Positions 1 to 9,500 of a stretch of 33,263 nt of DNA are shown piece after piece. The position numbers and the translations under genes were made by a program. Below the pieces are notes generated by a model, which saw only the letters and a list, made by a program, of their open reading frames with translations, was not told where the DNA came from and did no database searches. Numbering within the stretch: the first letter of the stretch is position 1; every line of letters starts with the position of its first letter. This DNA comes from Deltaproteobacteria bacterium (GTDB taxonomy: Bacteria; Desulfobacterota; Dissulfuribacteria; Dissulfuribacterales; QOAL01): assembly GCA_015486425.1 (NCBI GenBank), contig WFRQ01000410.1:1-33263 (forward strand), read 5' to 3'.

Positions 1-35
1 AAAAAGGCAGGTTTACAATCAATACATTTAGCATC

Positions 36-1361
36 ATGATGCCCATGACTGACATCAACCATACGAAAAAGACTTCTGTTGTAATATGCTGCAAGGCATT
101 GCTGTTCTTCTTCATTATCACTTTTTTTTCAATAGATGCTGTCCTGGCGGCCAGTGCTACATTGAGCTGGAACCGCAATCAGGAGCCTGACATAGCAGGA
201 TACCTGATATCCTGGGGCACAGAGACAGGCAAGTACACAAATACCATCTTCATATGGGACCCCTCCAACACCCCTTCAAGGCGTGTCTATACCATTAACG
301 ATCTTGAAGAAGGCAAGACCTATTATTTTGCATTCAGAGCCGTTGATCTCGCCATGCAGATCAGCGATTATTCAAGCGAAGTTGTAAGAGACCTTTCAAC
401 AGACAGAAGTAATTCCTATACACTTCTCTCCCTTTATTCAGATACAGACACTGAACCTGATTTTGAAAAGTACCCGGTTATTTCCGGGGACATGAATGGA
501 GACCACATGGACGACCTGGTGCTTTTCGGCAAAACCGGTATTTATGTCGCACTGTCTGAAGGAACAAAATTCGCGTCACCTCTACTCTGGTATGATTACA
601 GTGACAATTCCGGCGAATCCGACAGTCTCACCGCTGATTTCCAGGAAAGGGGATGGCAGGTTACAGGCACCGGGGATATTAATGGCGATGGTTATGATGA
701 TATTATGCTTGCAAATACCGATACCGGCACACTGTCCATCTGGTTCATGGGTGAAGCGGGTTTTGATCATGAACTTGTGATTGATCAGGTTGATTTCGCG
801 AAAAACTCTCTGCATGGTCTTGCGGATTTTGAAGGAAATGGTTCAGCCGACATTCTGTGGCAGGACAACATCAACGGCGAGCTACGCAGATGGACTGTTG
901 ACGAAAACGGAGGCAGTGATGAGCGCTATCTCGGTGTTATGCAGGATCCTGCCTGTCACGTCGAGGGACTTGGGGACTATGATGGCAACGGCGCTGCAGA
1001 CATACTGTGGCATAACACCGATTATGACGTTTACTTCTCATGCGTGACCAGGGACACTGAAATGCACTGCATCTACCTTGGGGGGCCGGAAGATACAGAC
1101 TCCTCTGTTGTGGCCTCTGGTGATTTTAACGGAGACGGCTACGAAGACATCCTCTGGCAGAATGTCAACAATGGTGATTTTTATGTCTGGCTCATGGACA
1201 GTGAGGGAGTGATGGGAACCATGCCTCTTGGTTCGGTGAACGTATCTGACTGGAAGATATTCGGCGCAGGAGATATAAACAACGACGGGCTTGCTGACAT
1301 AATATGGCGTTATGATCTGACAGGTGACTTCATTCCTCTCCTGACTCAGCAGTCTGAATAA
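36..1361 (+). CDS. Secreted FN3-domain plus FG-GAP/VCBS repeat (beta-propeller-like) protein
   Basis: 441-aa ORF. N-terminal hydrophobic signal-like segment (LLFFFIITFFSIDAVLA). FN3-like module (LSWNRNQEPDIAGYLISWG...GKTYYFAFRAVD). Six or more Dx[DN]GDGxxD-type repeats (GDMNGDHMDDLVLF, GDINGDGYDDIMLA, FEGNGSADILWQ, YDGNGAADILWH, FNGDGYEDILWQ, INNDGLADIIWR). Confidence 0.8.
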   Translation: MMPMTDINHTKKTSVVICCKALLFFFIITFFSIDAVLAASATLSWNRNQEPDIAGYLISWGTETGKYTNTIFIWDPSNTPSRRVYTINDLEEGKTYYFAFRAVDLAMQISDYSSEVVRDLSTDRSNSYTLLSLYSDTDTEPDFEKYPVISGDMNGDHMDDLVLFGKTGIYVALSEGTKFASPLLWYDYSDNSGESDSLTADFQERGWQVTGTGDINGDGYDDIMLANTDTGTLSIWFMGEAGFDHELVIDQVDFAKNSLHGLADFEGNGSADILWQDNINGELRRWTVDENGGSDERYLGVMQDPACHVEGLGDYDGNGAADILWHNTDYDVYFSCVTRDTEMHCIYLGGPEDTDSSVVASGDFNGDGYEDILWQNVNNGDFYVWLMDSEGVMGTMPLGSVNVSDWKIFGAGDINNDGLADIIWRYDLTGDFIPLLTQQSE

Positions 1362-1404
1362 TTCTCAATGTCTGGTGGCAACCAAACATTGGTTCAAATC
1401 TCAT

Positions 1405-1589
1405 GGGGAGAGTTCCCTGTTTGTCCCAATATCATAACGTGCTGCGGCTATGTAACTTTTTGAGACTGGTTCTGAAACTGTCATGAGGTGTCACGAACGT
1501 TATATGCAGGTTTTCTCGCAGAACAAATCTCAAAAAGCCACACAGCCTCCACAATAATAGAAAAGGCGAGACAAACAGGGAATGCTCCC
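1405..1589 (+). mobile_element. MITE-like non-autonomous element, copy 1 (about 20-bp terminal inverted repeats, 8-bp TSD AATCTCAT)
   Basis: Starts GGGGAGAGTTCCCTGTTTGTC and ends GACAAACAGGGAATGCTCCC. Flanked by AATCTCAT at 1397..1404 and 1590..1597. Homologous in reverse orientation to 13399..13570. Confidence 0.8.
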
Positions 1590-1616
1590 AATCTCATGAC
1601 TCACCCCAGAAAATGT

Positions 1617-1656
1617 AAAAGGGTTACAGCAACAAGCCGTAACCCTTTTTCTTTTT
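1617..1656. terminator. Rho-independent terminator, potentially bidirectional (FG-GAP gene on +, asd operon on -)
   Basis: AAAA-GGGTTAC-(11-nt loop)-GTAACCC-TTTTTCTTTTT. 7-bp GC-containing stem with a T-run on + and an A-run upstream. Confidence 0.65.
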
Positions 1657-1856
1657 GGTAACCTTCTGGGCAACTTCGTTTATCCTGAGGGGTTGCATTA
1701 TTGAGGGGCTGTCCCAAAATAACTTGGCGGATTTGCAGCAAATTCCACAATCGCTCAATCCAGGATTGTTTTATTTTTTCGCTGTTTGCGAACCTGTTCC
1801 CTGATCCTCAACGCCTTACGAAAGGCTGCCTTGCAAAGAAAGGCATGTATCAATTT

Positions 1857-2909
1857 CTACAGATATTTCTCTGCCATGAGTTCAGCAATCTGAACCGCAT
1901 TGGTGGCAGCACCCTTGCGGATATTGTCAGCCACTACCCACAGATCAAGGCCATTTTCCTGAGATATGTCCTCTCTTATACGGCCCACAAATGTCAGGTC
2001 CTGCCCCTCTGCATCAAGGGGCATGGGATAGATATTTTTTGATACATCATCAACTACCTTGACACCAGGGGCTGAAGAGAGAAGCTCCCTTGCCTTGTCA
2101 GCGCTTACCGGGTCTGCAAACTTCAGGTTTACAGACTCTGAATGACTGTAGAACACAGGCACCCGCACAGTGGTGGCAGAGACCATGATAGTGTCATCCT
2201 CCAGTATCTTTCGGGTCTCATTCACCATTTTCATCTCTTCTTTGGTATAGCCATTTTCAGTAAAGACATCTATATGGGGCAGGCAGTTAAATGCTATCTG
2301 ATAGGGATAAGCACTGTAGTCAAACTCTCCTGCATACCCCTTTGCTCCCTTACCCTCACCTGCACCTGAAGCCCACTGTTTTACCTCTGCCTCAAGCTCA
2401 TCAATGGCCTTCTGGCCAGTGCCGGATACTGCCTGATATGTTGATACTACTATGCGCTGAATTTTTGCATAGTCATGCAGAGGTTTCAGGGCAACCATCA
2501 TCTGAATGGTGGAACAGTTGGGATTGGCTATGATGCCCCTATTTGTATAACCTGCAACTGCATGAGGATTTACCTCTGGCACAACAAGAGGCACGTCCGG
2601 GTCCATGCGCCATGCACTTGAGTTGTCTATTACCACTGCGCCGGCCTCTGCTGCGGAAGGGGCGAACTCGAGGCTGCGACCGCCTCCTGCGGAAAACAGG
2701 GCAACATCTACACCATCAAAAGAATCATGTCCGAGCTTCCTCACTATGACCTTCTGGCCCCTGAAGGAAAGTTCTTTTCCCTCTGACCTCTCTGAGGCAA
2801 GGTAACGTATCTCATTAACAGGGAAGTCACGTTCCTCAAGAACCTTTATCATCATCTGGCCCACAGCGCCGGTTGCACCGGCAACAGCCACATTAAACCT
2901 GCGAGACAT
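1857..2909 (-). CDS. asd: Aspartate-semialdehyde dehydrogenase
   Basis: 350 aa. N-terminal Rossmann motif VAVAGATGAVG. Active-site region NPNCSTIQMMVALKPL. Sits directly downstream of leuB. Confidence 0.92.
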   Translation of the reverse strand: MSRRFNVAVAGATGAVGQMMIKVLEERDFPVNEIRYLASERSEGKELSFRGQKVIVRKLGHDSFDGVDVALFSAGGGRSLEFAPSAAEAGAVVIDNSSAWRMDPDVPLVVPEVNPHAVAGYTNRGIIANPNCSTIQMMVALKPLHDYAKIQRIVVSTYQAVSGTGQKAIDELEAEVKQWASGAGEGKGAKGYAGEFDYSAYPYQIAFNCLPHIDVFTENGYTKEEMKMVNETRKILEDDTIMVSATTVRVPVFYSHSESVNLKFADPVSADKARELLSSAPGVKVVDDVSKNIYPMPLDAEGQDLTFVGRIREDISQENGLDLWVVADNIRKGAATNAVQIAELMAEKYL

Positions 2910-2916
2910 CTTTCAG

Positions 2917-3981
2917 TTACCCCTCTGTCACGTACTTTGCCACAAGGTCACCGACCTCAGTGGTGGAGTATCCCATCTTTCCTGCTGAAAGGCTCTTGAG
3001 GTCCTGGCTGACAGCCTTGCGCACGGCATTTTCCACTGCCTTGGCAGCCTCTGTCTCACCGAGATAATCAAGCATCATCAGGCCTGCACAGATTGCTGCC
3101 ATGGGATTAATCACATTCTGACCAGTGTACTTGGGGGCTGAACCACCGATAGGCTCAAACATGGAAACACCTTCGGGATTTATGTTACCGCCTGCTGCAA
3201 TACCCATTCCTCCCTGGGTTATTGCGCCAAGGTCAGTGATGATATCTCCGAACATATTGTCTGTGACAATCACGTCAAACCACTCGGGGTTCTTCACCAT
3301 CCACATACAGGTTGCATCAACGTGGGCATAGTCTGTCTTTATGTCAGGATATTCCTTGGCGACCTCATAGAATGTCCTCTCCCAGAGGTCAAACGCATAG
3401 GTAAGCACGTTTGTCTTGCCGCACAGGGTCACCTGCTTCTTCTTGTTGCGCTTCCTGCAGTACTCAAATGCATATCGGATGCAGCGCTCAACACCCTTGC
3501 GGGTATTTATTGACTCCTGCACAGCAACTTCATCCGCGGTACCCTTCTTAAGGGAACCCCCAGCGCCTGCGTAAAGGCCCTCAGTATTCTCACGCACAAC
3601 TACGTAGTCAATATCCTCAGGCCCCTTGTCCTTTAACGGAGTCTCAACGCCGGGATAGAGGATTACAGGGCGAAGATTGATATACTGGTCAAGGGCAAAA
3701 CGCAGGGCAAGCAGAATGCCCTTTTCAAGAATGCCGGGCTTCACATCAGGATGCCCGATTGCGCCAAGATATATTGCCTTGTACTGCAAGAGGTCTTCTG
3801 CTGCTCCCTCTGGAAGCACCTCGCCAGTCTTTATATAACGGTCTCCACCATAATCGTACCAGGTTAAATCAAGTGAAAAGCCGTACTTTGTCGCTGCGGC
3901 CTCAAGTACCTTGACTCCCTCGGTAACAACCTCAGGACCAGTCCCATCGCCGGGAATTACTGCAATTTTATATGTAGCCAT
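2917..3981 (-). CDS. leuB: 3-isopropylmalate dehydrogenase (isocitrate/isopropylmalate dehydrogenase family)
   Basis: 354 aa. [14 protein letters not shown]-terminus, VRENTEGLY and [10 protein letters not shown] family motifs. Operon context with leuA/C/D. Confidence 0.85.
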   Translation of the reverse strand: MATYKIAVIPGDGTGPEVVTEGVKVLEAAATKYGFSLDLTWYDYGGDRYIKTGEVLPEGAAEDLLQYKAIYLGAIGHPDVKPGILEKGILLALRFALDQYINLRPVILYPGVETPLKDKGPEDIDYVVVRENTEGLYAGAGGSLKKGTADEVAVQESINTRKGVERCIRYAFEYCRKRNKKKQVTLCGKTNVLTYAFDLWERTFYEVAKEYPDIKTDYAHVDATCMWMVKNPEWFDVIVTDNMFGDIITDLGAITQGGMGIAAGGNINPEGVSMFEPIGGSAPKYTGQNVINPMAAICAGLMMLDYLGETEAAKAVENAVRKAVSQDLKSLSAGKMGYSTTEVGDLVAKYVTEG

Positions 3982-4219
3982 TTCTCTTCCTCCTTTTATT
4001 TACGAAATTAGCAGGTTACCAACAGACAGTCGAGCCTGTAATGCAACAAAAACTGTATTTAATCAGCGTGAGACACTGAAACGTCTGACAGTTGCAATAA
4101 AACTGTGATTTATCAGGCAGTAACCCATTGTAATAATGCTGACTGAATTAAGCATTTCAAAAGATGAAGCAGCATATCTGACAAAAGCTCAATTCAGAGA
4201 TAAATTAAAAACCCAGCCG

Positions 4220-4708
4220 CTATACACTCTTCATGACATGAGGGATAAGCCCTCCGTCAGCAATAAGCTCCTGCATAAATTCAGGTATGGGCTGAGCATG
4301 TACCGTGGTGCCCTTTGTGGTATTTGTAATGGTGCCTGTGTCCGCATCCACCTCTACAACATCACCCTGTTCAAATGCCTCTGCAGCCTCTCTGCACTCA
4401 AAGATGGGAAGCCCCATATTAAAGGCGTTCCTGTAAAAAATGCGGGCAAAACTCGGTGCTATCACACAGGCCACGCCTGCCGCCTTTATGGCAATGGGCG
4501 CATGCTCCCTGGAAGAACCACAGCCAAAATTGGTGTCAGCCACAATGATATCACCGGGCTGGACTTTTGACGCAAACTCAGGGTCTGCATCCTCCATGCA
4601 GTGTTTTGCCAGCTCGTCAGGGTCAGAGGTGTTAAGATAACGAGCCGGAATTATGAGATCAGTATCGATATTCTTTCCGAATTTCCATACCTTGCCTTTG
4701 AATTTCAT
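4220..4708 (-). CDS. leuD: 3-isopropylmalate dehydratase small subunit (short, about 163 aa type)
   Basis: The ORF track gives 4220..4768. I prefer the internal ATG at 4708 (MKFKGKVWKFGKNIDTDLIIPARYL), which is preceded by AAAGGAACAGGT. GCGSSREHAP motif present. Confidence 0.88.
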   Translation of the reverse strand: MKFKGKVWKFGKNIDTDLIIPARYLNTSDPDELAKHCMEDADPEFASKVQPGDIIVADTNFGCGSSREHAPIAIKAAGVACVIAPSFARIFYRNAFNMGLPIFECREAAEAFEQGDVVEVDADTGTITNTTKGTTVHAQPIPEFMQELIADGGLIPHVMKSV

Positions 4709-4833
4709 ACCTGTTCCTTTATTTGAAATAGCTGTGCCGCTTCTTCTTTTTCCGTAAAATCCAAACATACCTGATGAATTTTCATTTCAGGGTGTATTGG
4801 CTGACGGATAACATGAACATTTAATCTGACAGT

Positions 4834-6096
4834 TTACAACTCCTCAGGGCTTCCAATTCTTCCGAGGATAGCGCTTGCAGCGGCAACCGCTGGATTTGCA
4901 AGATAGACCTCGCTCTCCTGATGCCCCATGCGCCCCACAAAATTTCTGTTTGTGGTGGCAACGGCACGTTCGCCTCTGGCAAGGATCCCCATGTGGCCGC
5001 CAAGACACGGGCCGCATGTTGGAGGACCTATTATGGCGCCGCTATCTGCAAAAATCCGGAGCAGCCCCTTGTCAAGGCAGTCAGAATAAACCTGAGGCGT
5101 GGCAGGAAGGATTATGAGACGCACCCCGTCGGCAACCTGATGATCCTTAAGTATTGAGGCTGCAAGCTCAAAATCTTCAGTGCGTCCATTGGTGCATGAG
5201 CCTATCACCACCTGGTCTATCCTGATATTACCGGCCTGGGACACGGGCCTGGAATTCTCAGGCAAATGAGGAAAAGCCACCTGTGGCTCAATATCCGCAC
5301 AGTCATACTCTATAACCCTTGCATATTGTGCGTCAGGATCACTGGTATAGAAGGTGTATGGCCTGCTGGCGCGATCTTTCACCCATGCCTCTGTTATCTC
5401 ATCAGGGTTGATAAGCCCTACCTTTCCGCCTGCCTCTATGGCCATGTTCGACATGGTGAAACGGTCTGCCATGGGAAGTTTTTCAATCACAGGGCCAGTG
5501 AATTCCATTGCCATGTACAGGGCTCCATCAACGCCAACATCACCAATGGCATGAAGCACAAGGTCCTTGCCTCCTACCCATGGTTTCAGCTCTCCCCTGT
5601 AGACAAACTTGATGGACTCAGGCACACGAAACCAGGTACGCCCCCTGATCCATGCAGCCGCAAGGTCAGTGCTTCCCACACCTGTGGCAAAGGCCCCAAG
5701 GGCTCCGTATGTACAGGTGTGACTGTCTGCACCGATTACAACATCACCCGGAACCACTATTCCCTTTTCCGGAAGCAGAACATGCTCAACCCCGCACTTG
5801 CCGCCCTCATAGTAGTGCAGAATATCCTGCTCTCTAACAAATTCGCGGAGCATGCGCACCTGCTCCGCACTCTTTATATCCTTGTTTGGCGTAAAGTGGT
5901 CTGCAACAAGGGCTATCTTTTCGCGGTCAAACACGGATTTAACCCCGGTATCTCGAAAAATCTTTATGGAAATAGGCGCGGTGATGTCATTCCCCAGGGT
6001 CATGTCAACAGGCACGTCAACAAGCTGACCTGGCTTTACGTGATCAAGCCCGGCATGTGCTGCCAGTATCTTTTCAGCGATTGTCATGGAACTCAT
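4834..6096 (-). CDS. leuC: 3-isopropylmalate dehydratase large subunit (aconitase family, about 420 aa type)
   Basis: 420 aa. MTIAEKILAAH N-terminus, DSHTCTYGALGAF and cluster-ligand region SCTNGR...CGPCLG. Confidence 0.92.
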   Translation of the reverse strand: MSSMTIAEKILAAHAGLDHVKPGQLVDVPVDMTLGNDITAPISIKIFRDTGVKSVFDREKIALVADHFTPNKDIKSAEQVRMLREFVREQDILHYYEGGKCGVEHVLLPEKGIVVPGDVVIGADSHTCTYGALGAFATGVGSTDLAAAWIRGRTWFRVPESIKFVYRGELKPWVGGKDLVLHAIGDVGVDGALYMAMEFTGPVIEKLPMADRFTMSNMAIEAGGKVGLINPDEITEAWVKDRASRPYTFYTSDPDAQYARVIEYDCADIEPQVAFPHLPENSRPVSQAGNIRIDQVVIGSCTNGRTEDFELAASILKDHQVADGVRLIILPATPQVYSDCLDKGLLRIFADSGAIIGPPTCGPCLGGHMGILARGERAVATTNRNFVGRMGHQESEVYLANPAVAAASAILGRIGSPEEL

Positions 6097-6252
6097 GGAT
6101 ATATATTTACTCCTGTTATCTATCGGAAACGATGGATTTTCACAGTAACCGCCATTCCCGGAGCGGGTACAACCAGCAATAGAAACACGGTCTTCCTACC
6201 TGTAAAACTGTACGCCCAAGAAAAGTGAGGAAGCCGTAGCTTGCAGTTTATA

Positions 6253-6276
6253 GTTCCCAAACCGGAGTTTGGGAAC
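6253..6276. other. Perfect 10-bp stem / 4-nt loop hairpin in the leuA-leuC spacer
   Basis: GTTCCCAAAC-CGGA-GTTTGGGAAC read directly. No adjacent T-run on either strand. Confidence 0.7.
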
Positions 6277-6286
6277 CAGCAAATTA

Positions 6287-6336
6287 GAGCTTCTTTTACT
6301 TTGAGCTTGGAGCCTTGAGCTTTCAGCCCTGAGCTG
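6287..6336. repeat. Short degenerate tandem repeat built on (T)GAGCT, immediately 3' of the leuA stop
   Basis: GAGCT at 6287, 6303, 6316 and 6331 (spacing 13-16 nt). On the - strand it reads AGCTCAGGGCTGAA AGCTCAAGGCTCCA AGCTCAAAG. Confidence 0.55.
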
Positions 6337-6339
6337 TTT

Positions 6340-7914
6340 TCACTGCTTCATGTATTCAAGCCTGTTCAGCGCATTGAGATATGCCTTTACACTGGCAGTG
6401 ATAATGTCAGGATCAGCGCCCTGGCCATTTACCTCAACATCACCATCCCTGAGCCGAACGGTTACCTTGCCCAGCGCATCGGTCCCTCCTGTGATGGACT
6501 GTACATTATACCTGAGCAGAATACTGTCGGTGCGCACCAGTTTCTTTACTGCCTGGAACGCTGCGTCCACTGGCCCTGCACCAAGGGAACATGTGATACG
6601 CTTCTCTCCTCCCTCTTCAATGGCCACAGTAGCTGTGGGCTTGATGCCGCTTCCCCCTGCTACATGCAAATATTTAAGCGAAAAGCGCTCAGGTATCTTG
6701 AGAATTTCCCCGGCCACAAGCACCTTGAGGTCTTCGGTGAAAATCTCCTTCTTGCGGTCTGCAAGTTCCTTGAACCGCACAAAAACACTGTCTATTTCCT
6801 TATCAGACAGGGTATAGCCGAGCTCCTCAAGCCTGGCCTTGAGGGCATGGCGGCCAGAGTGCTTTCCAAGCACCAGCGAACCCTGGGAAAGCCCCACATC
6901 CCTTGGGTCCATGATCTCATAGGTGGTACGCTCCTTGAGAACACCATCCTGATGAATACCTGACTCATGGGCAAAGGCATTTGCCCCCACTATTGCCTTG
7001 TTAGGCTGTACCTGCATGCCGGTAAGCGTGGCAACAAGCCTGCTTGCAGAGGTGATCTCCGTGGTTACGATATCAGTACGGTAGGGGAGGCAGTCGTTAC
7101 GGGTGCGGATAGCCATGACTACTTCCTCCATGGCAGTATTTCCTGCACGCTCACCTATACCGTTTATGGTGCACTCAACCTGTCTTGCGCCATTTTCTAT
7201 TGCAGAAAGCACATTCGCAGTGGCAAGGCCCAGGTCATTGTGACAGTGGACACTGAGAACCGCCCTGTGGATGTTTTTCGTATTCTCCATGACATAGCGG
7301 ATCATACGGCCAAAGTCCCAGGGAATGGCATAACCTACTGTATCAGGAAAGTTAAGTGTGGTGGCACCTGCATCCACCACTGCCTCAAACACCCTGCACA
7401 GAAAATCAAGATCGCTCCTGCTTGCATCCTCTGCGGAAAATTCCACATTGGAAGTGTAGGCTGCGGCATACTTCACTGCTGCGGCTGCCATCTCCAGTAC
7501 CTGTTCCCGGCTCTTTCTGAGCTTGTACTTAAGATGAATATCAGAGGTGGCAAGAAACGTATGTATCCTGGGATTTGCTCCACCCTTTATGGCATCCCAT
7601 GCGGTATCTATATCTTTTTCAGAGGCCCTGGCAAGAGCTGCAACCTGGAGGTCTCTCAGCTCACCTGCAAGGCGCTTGACACCCTGGAAATCACCTGGGG
7701 AGGCAATGGGAAAACCTGCCTCAAGAACATTTACGCCCATGCGCTCAAGCTGATGCCCTATCTGAAGCTTCTCCTCTACATTAAGAGAAACACCTGGAGA
7801 CTGCTCACCATCGCGCAGAGTGGTATCAAAAATAATTATCCTGGGTCTGTCTTTTCCAATCTCATCCATGATCTGTTTACCTGTGCCGTCATATCCAGCA
7901 TCCTTTTCTTCCAT
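6340..7914 (-). CDS. leuA: 2-isopropylmalate synthase
   Basis: 524 aa. [31 protein letters not shown] and a C-terminal LeuA-type regulatory domain. The true start may be the ATG at 7869 ([11 protein letters not shown]). Confidence 0.88.
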   Translation of the reverse strand: MEEKDAGYDGTGKQIMDEIGKDRPRIIIFDTTLRDGEQSPGVSLNVEEKLQIGHQLERMGVNVLEAGFPIASPGDFQGVKRLAGELRDLQVAALARASEKDIDTAWDAIKGGANPRIHTFLATSDIHLKYKLRKSREQVLEMAAAAVKYAAAYTSNVEFSAEDASRSDLDFLCRVFEAVVDAGATTLNFPDTVGYAIPWDFGRMIRYVMENTKNIHRAVLSVHCHNDLGLATANVLSAIENGARQVECTINGIGERAGNTAMEEVVMAIRTRNDCLPYRTDIVTTEITSASRLVATLTGMQVQPNKAIVGANAFAHESGIHQDGVLKERTTYEIMDPRDVGLSQGSLVLGKHSGRHALKARLEELGYTLSDKEIDSVFVRFKELADRKKEIFTEDLKVLVAGEILKIPERFSLKYLHVAGGSGIKPTATVAIEEGGEKRITCSLGAGPVDAAFQAVKKLVRTDSILLRYNVQSITGGTDALGKVTVRLRDGDVEVNGQGADPDIITASVKAYLNALNRLEYMKQ

Positions 7915-8037
7915 TCAACCATGCCACACTGCATGTTCACACGTCAACAGGGAAAGGAAGAAGAGAGAGTGACAAATACATTCCGGCTCCTGACTTGAAA
8001 AGTGTACCGGCCTGAAACCGATTCACTTCCGGATGTA

Positions 8038-8835
8038 TCAGTGTCTGGAGGAATTTCCTCCGTCCTTTACCTTTGCCTGATGTGCAGCCCCCGGCTTTCT
8101 GGCGCTCAGAGCCTGCACGGTTATAAGGAGAGGACCGGACAGGACATAAACAATAAACAGCATGAACAGCGTTACACTTGGTTCAACAGCCACCACAACC
8201 ATTGACAGAATCAGCGCAACCATGGAACTGAACGGATGCTGATGCACCCAGCGCAGCTCCTTGAAACTGTGGTAGCGAACATTGCTTACCATGAGAAATG
8301 ACAGGGCATAGACCAGGAGGAGCACGCCGTAATGACGCACCTGCCCAGTTATGCCAAAGTGATGGAAGAGCAGCACTGTGGTTGCCAGCATTATTGCTGC
8401 AGAGGGACAGGGAAGCCCCATGAAATATTTCTTGCTCTCAGCCACCTTGCTCTCACTCAGGGTGTTGAAACGCGCAAGCCTCAGCGCAGTGGTGCCAACA
8501 AAGAGGAAACCGGCAAGCCAACCGAGACGGCCAAAGCCCTGAAGCCCCCACAGAAAGGCCAGAATGCCGGGCGCAACACCAAAGGCCACCATGTCTGCGA
8601 GAGAATCATACTCCACACCGAACTTGCTGGTTGTCCCTGTCATCCTGGCAACCCGGCCATCAAGCCCGTCAAACACGCCGGATATGAGAATGGCCCAGGC
8701 CGCAGTATCGTAACTGCCCTGAATCGCAGCGATCATGGAATAAAAACCGCTGAAAAGGCTGGCTGAGGTAAAGAGGTTGGGCAGGAGATAGACCCCTCGT
8801 CTCGGCTTTTTCTTCACAGCGTATTCTTCAGACAT
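8038..8835 (-). CDS. pssA: CDP-diacylglycerol-serine O-phosphatidyltransferase
   Basis: CDP-alcohol phosphatidyltransferase motif DGLDGRVARMTGTTSKFGVEYDSLAD in a multi-TM protein. I prefer the ATG at 8835 (MSEEYAV), which overlaps the psd stop as ATGTCTGA. The ORF track extends to 8874. Confidence 0.88.
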   Translation of the reverse strand: MSEEYAVKKKPRRGVYLLPNLFTSASLFSGFYSMIAAIQGSYDTAAWAILISGVFDGLDGRVARMTGTTSKFGVEYDSLADMVAFGVAPGILAFLWGLQGFGRLGWLAGFLFVGTTALRLARFNTLSESKVAESKKYFMGLPCPSAAIMLATTVLLFHHFGITGQVRHYGVLLLVYALSFLMVSNVRYHSFKELRWVHQHPFSSMVALILSMVVVAVEPSVTLFMLFIVYVLSGPLLITVQALSARKPGAAHQAKVKDGGNSSRH

Positions 8836-9484
8836 TTTCTCTGCTCCAGCTTGCAAGTACTGTTTCTCCAGCAACGGTTTTCTGCCCCTGGCTTACCAGT
8901 ACCCGGCATTCCATGGGAAAATAACAATCCAGGCGGGAACCGAACCGGATCATGCCGAAACGCTCTCCGCGCCTGAGCCAGTCCCCGGTTTCAGCCCTGC
9001 ATACAATACGTCTCGCTATAAGACCGGCTACCTGGACAACAACAATTTTCCGTCCCTGTTCATCCTCAAGGAGAATGGCATTCTGTTCATTCTGAATCAT
9101 GGCATTCTCTCTGTCAGCAGGGTGGAACATACCGGGTTTATACCTGATATCCTTTACCACGCCCCCCATGGGAGATCTGTTTACGTGTACATCAAACACG
9201 TTCATAAATATACTTATACGCCTTGATCTGCACTGAAGTAAAGGGGCGTCTTCAACTTCCTTCACCTCCAGCACCCTGCCGTCAGCAGGAGCCGCCAACA
9301 GACCATCACCGTGAGGCACGATCCTTTCAGGGTCCCTGAAGAAATAGAGTATAAACGCCGAGGCTGATAAAGCAGCCACGGCAGGTACCGGCCATTCAAG
9401 AAGGGCAAATATCAGGGATACAAAAACGGCAAGGCCAATGAAGGGCACCCCCTCCATGGCCACCGGAATCCGCTGGGGGCGCAT
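8828..9484 (-). CDS. psd: Phosphatidylserine decarboxylase proenzyme (short, archaetidylserine-decarboxylase-like type)
   Basis: 218 aa. N-terminal TM segments. FGSRLD self-cleavage (G-S) region near the C-terminus. Translationally coupled to pssA. Confidence 0.85.
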   Translation of the reverse strand: MRPQRIPVAMEGVPFIGLAVFVSLIFALLEWPVPAVAALSASAFILYFFRDPERIVPHGDGLLAAPADGRVLEVKEVEDAPLLQCRSRRISIFMNVFDVHVNRSPMGGVVKDIRYKPGMFHPADRENAMIQNEQNAILLEDEQGRKIVVVQVAGLIARRIVCRAETGDWLRRGERFGMIRFGSRLDCYFPMECRVLVSQGQKTVAGETVLASWSRENV

Positions 9485-9500
9485 GGGAGATGAAGCCTGC

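Noticed and set aside
5266-7998. Long + strand ORFs (320 aa at 5266..6228, 343 aa at 6967..7998) antisense to leuC and leuA
   Set aside because: These are shadow ORFs opposite well-supported genes. Their composition is Cys/His/Arg-rich nonsense, with no recognisable motifs and no RBS context.
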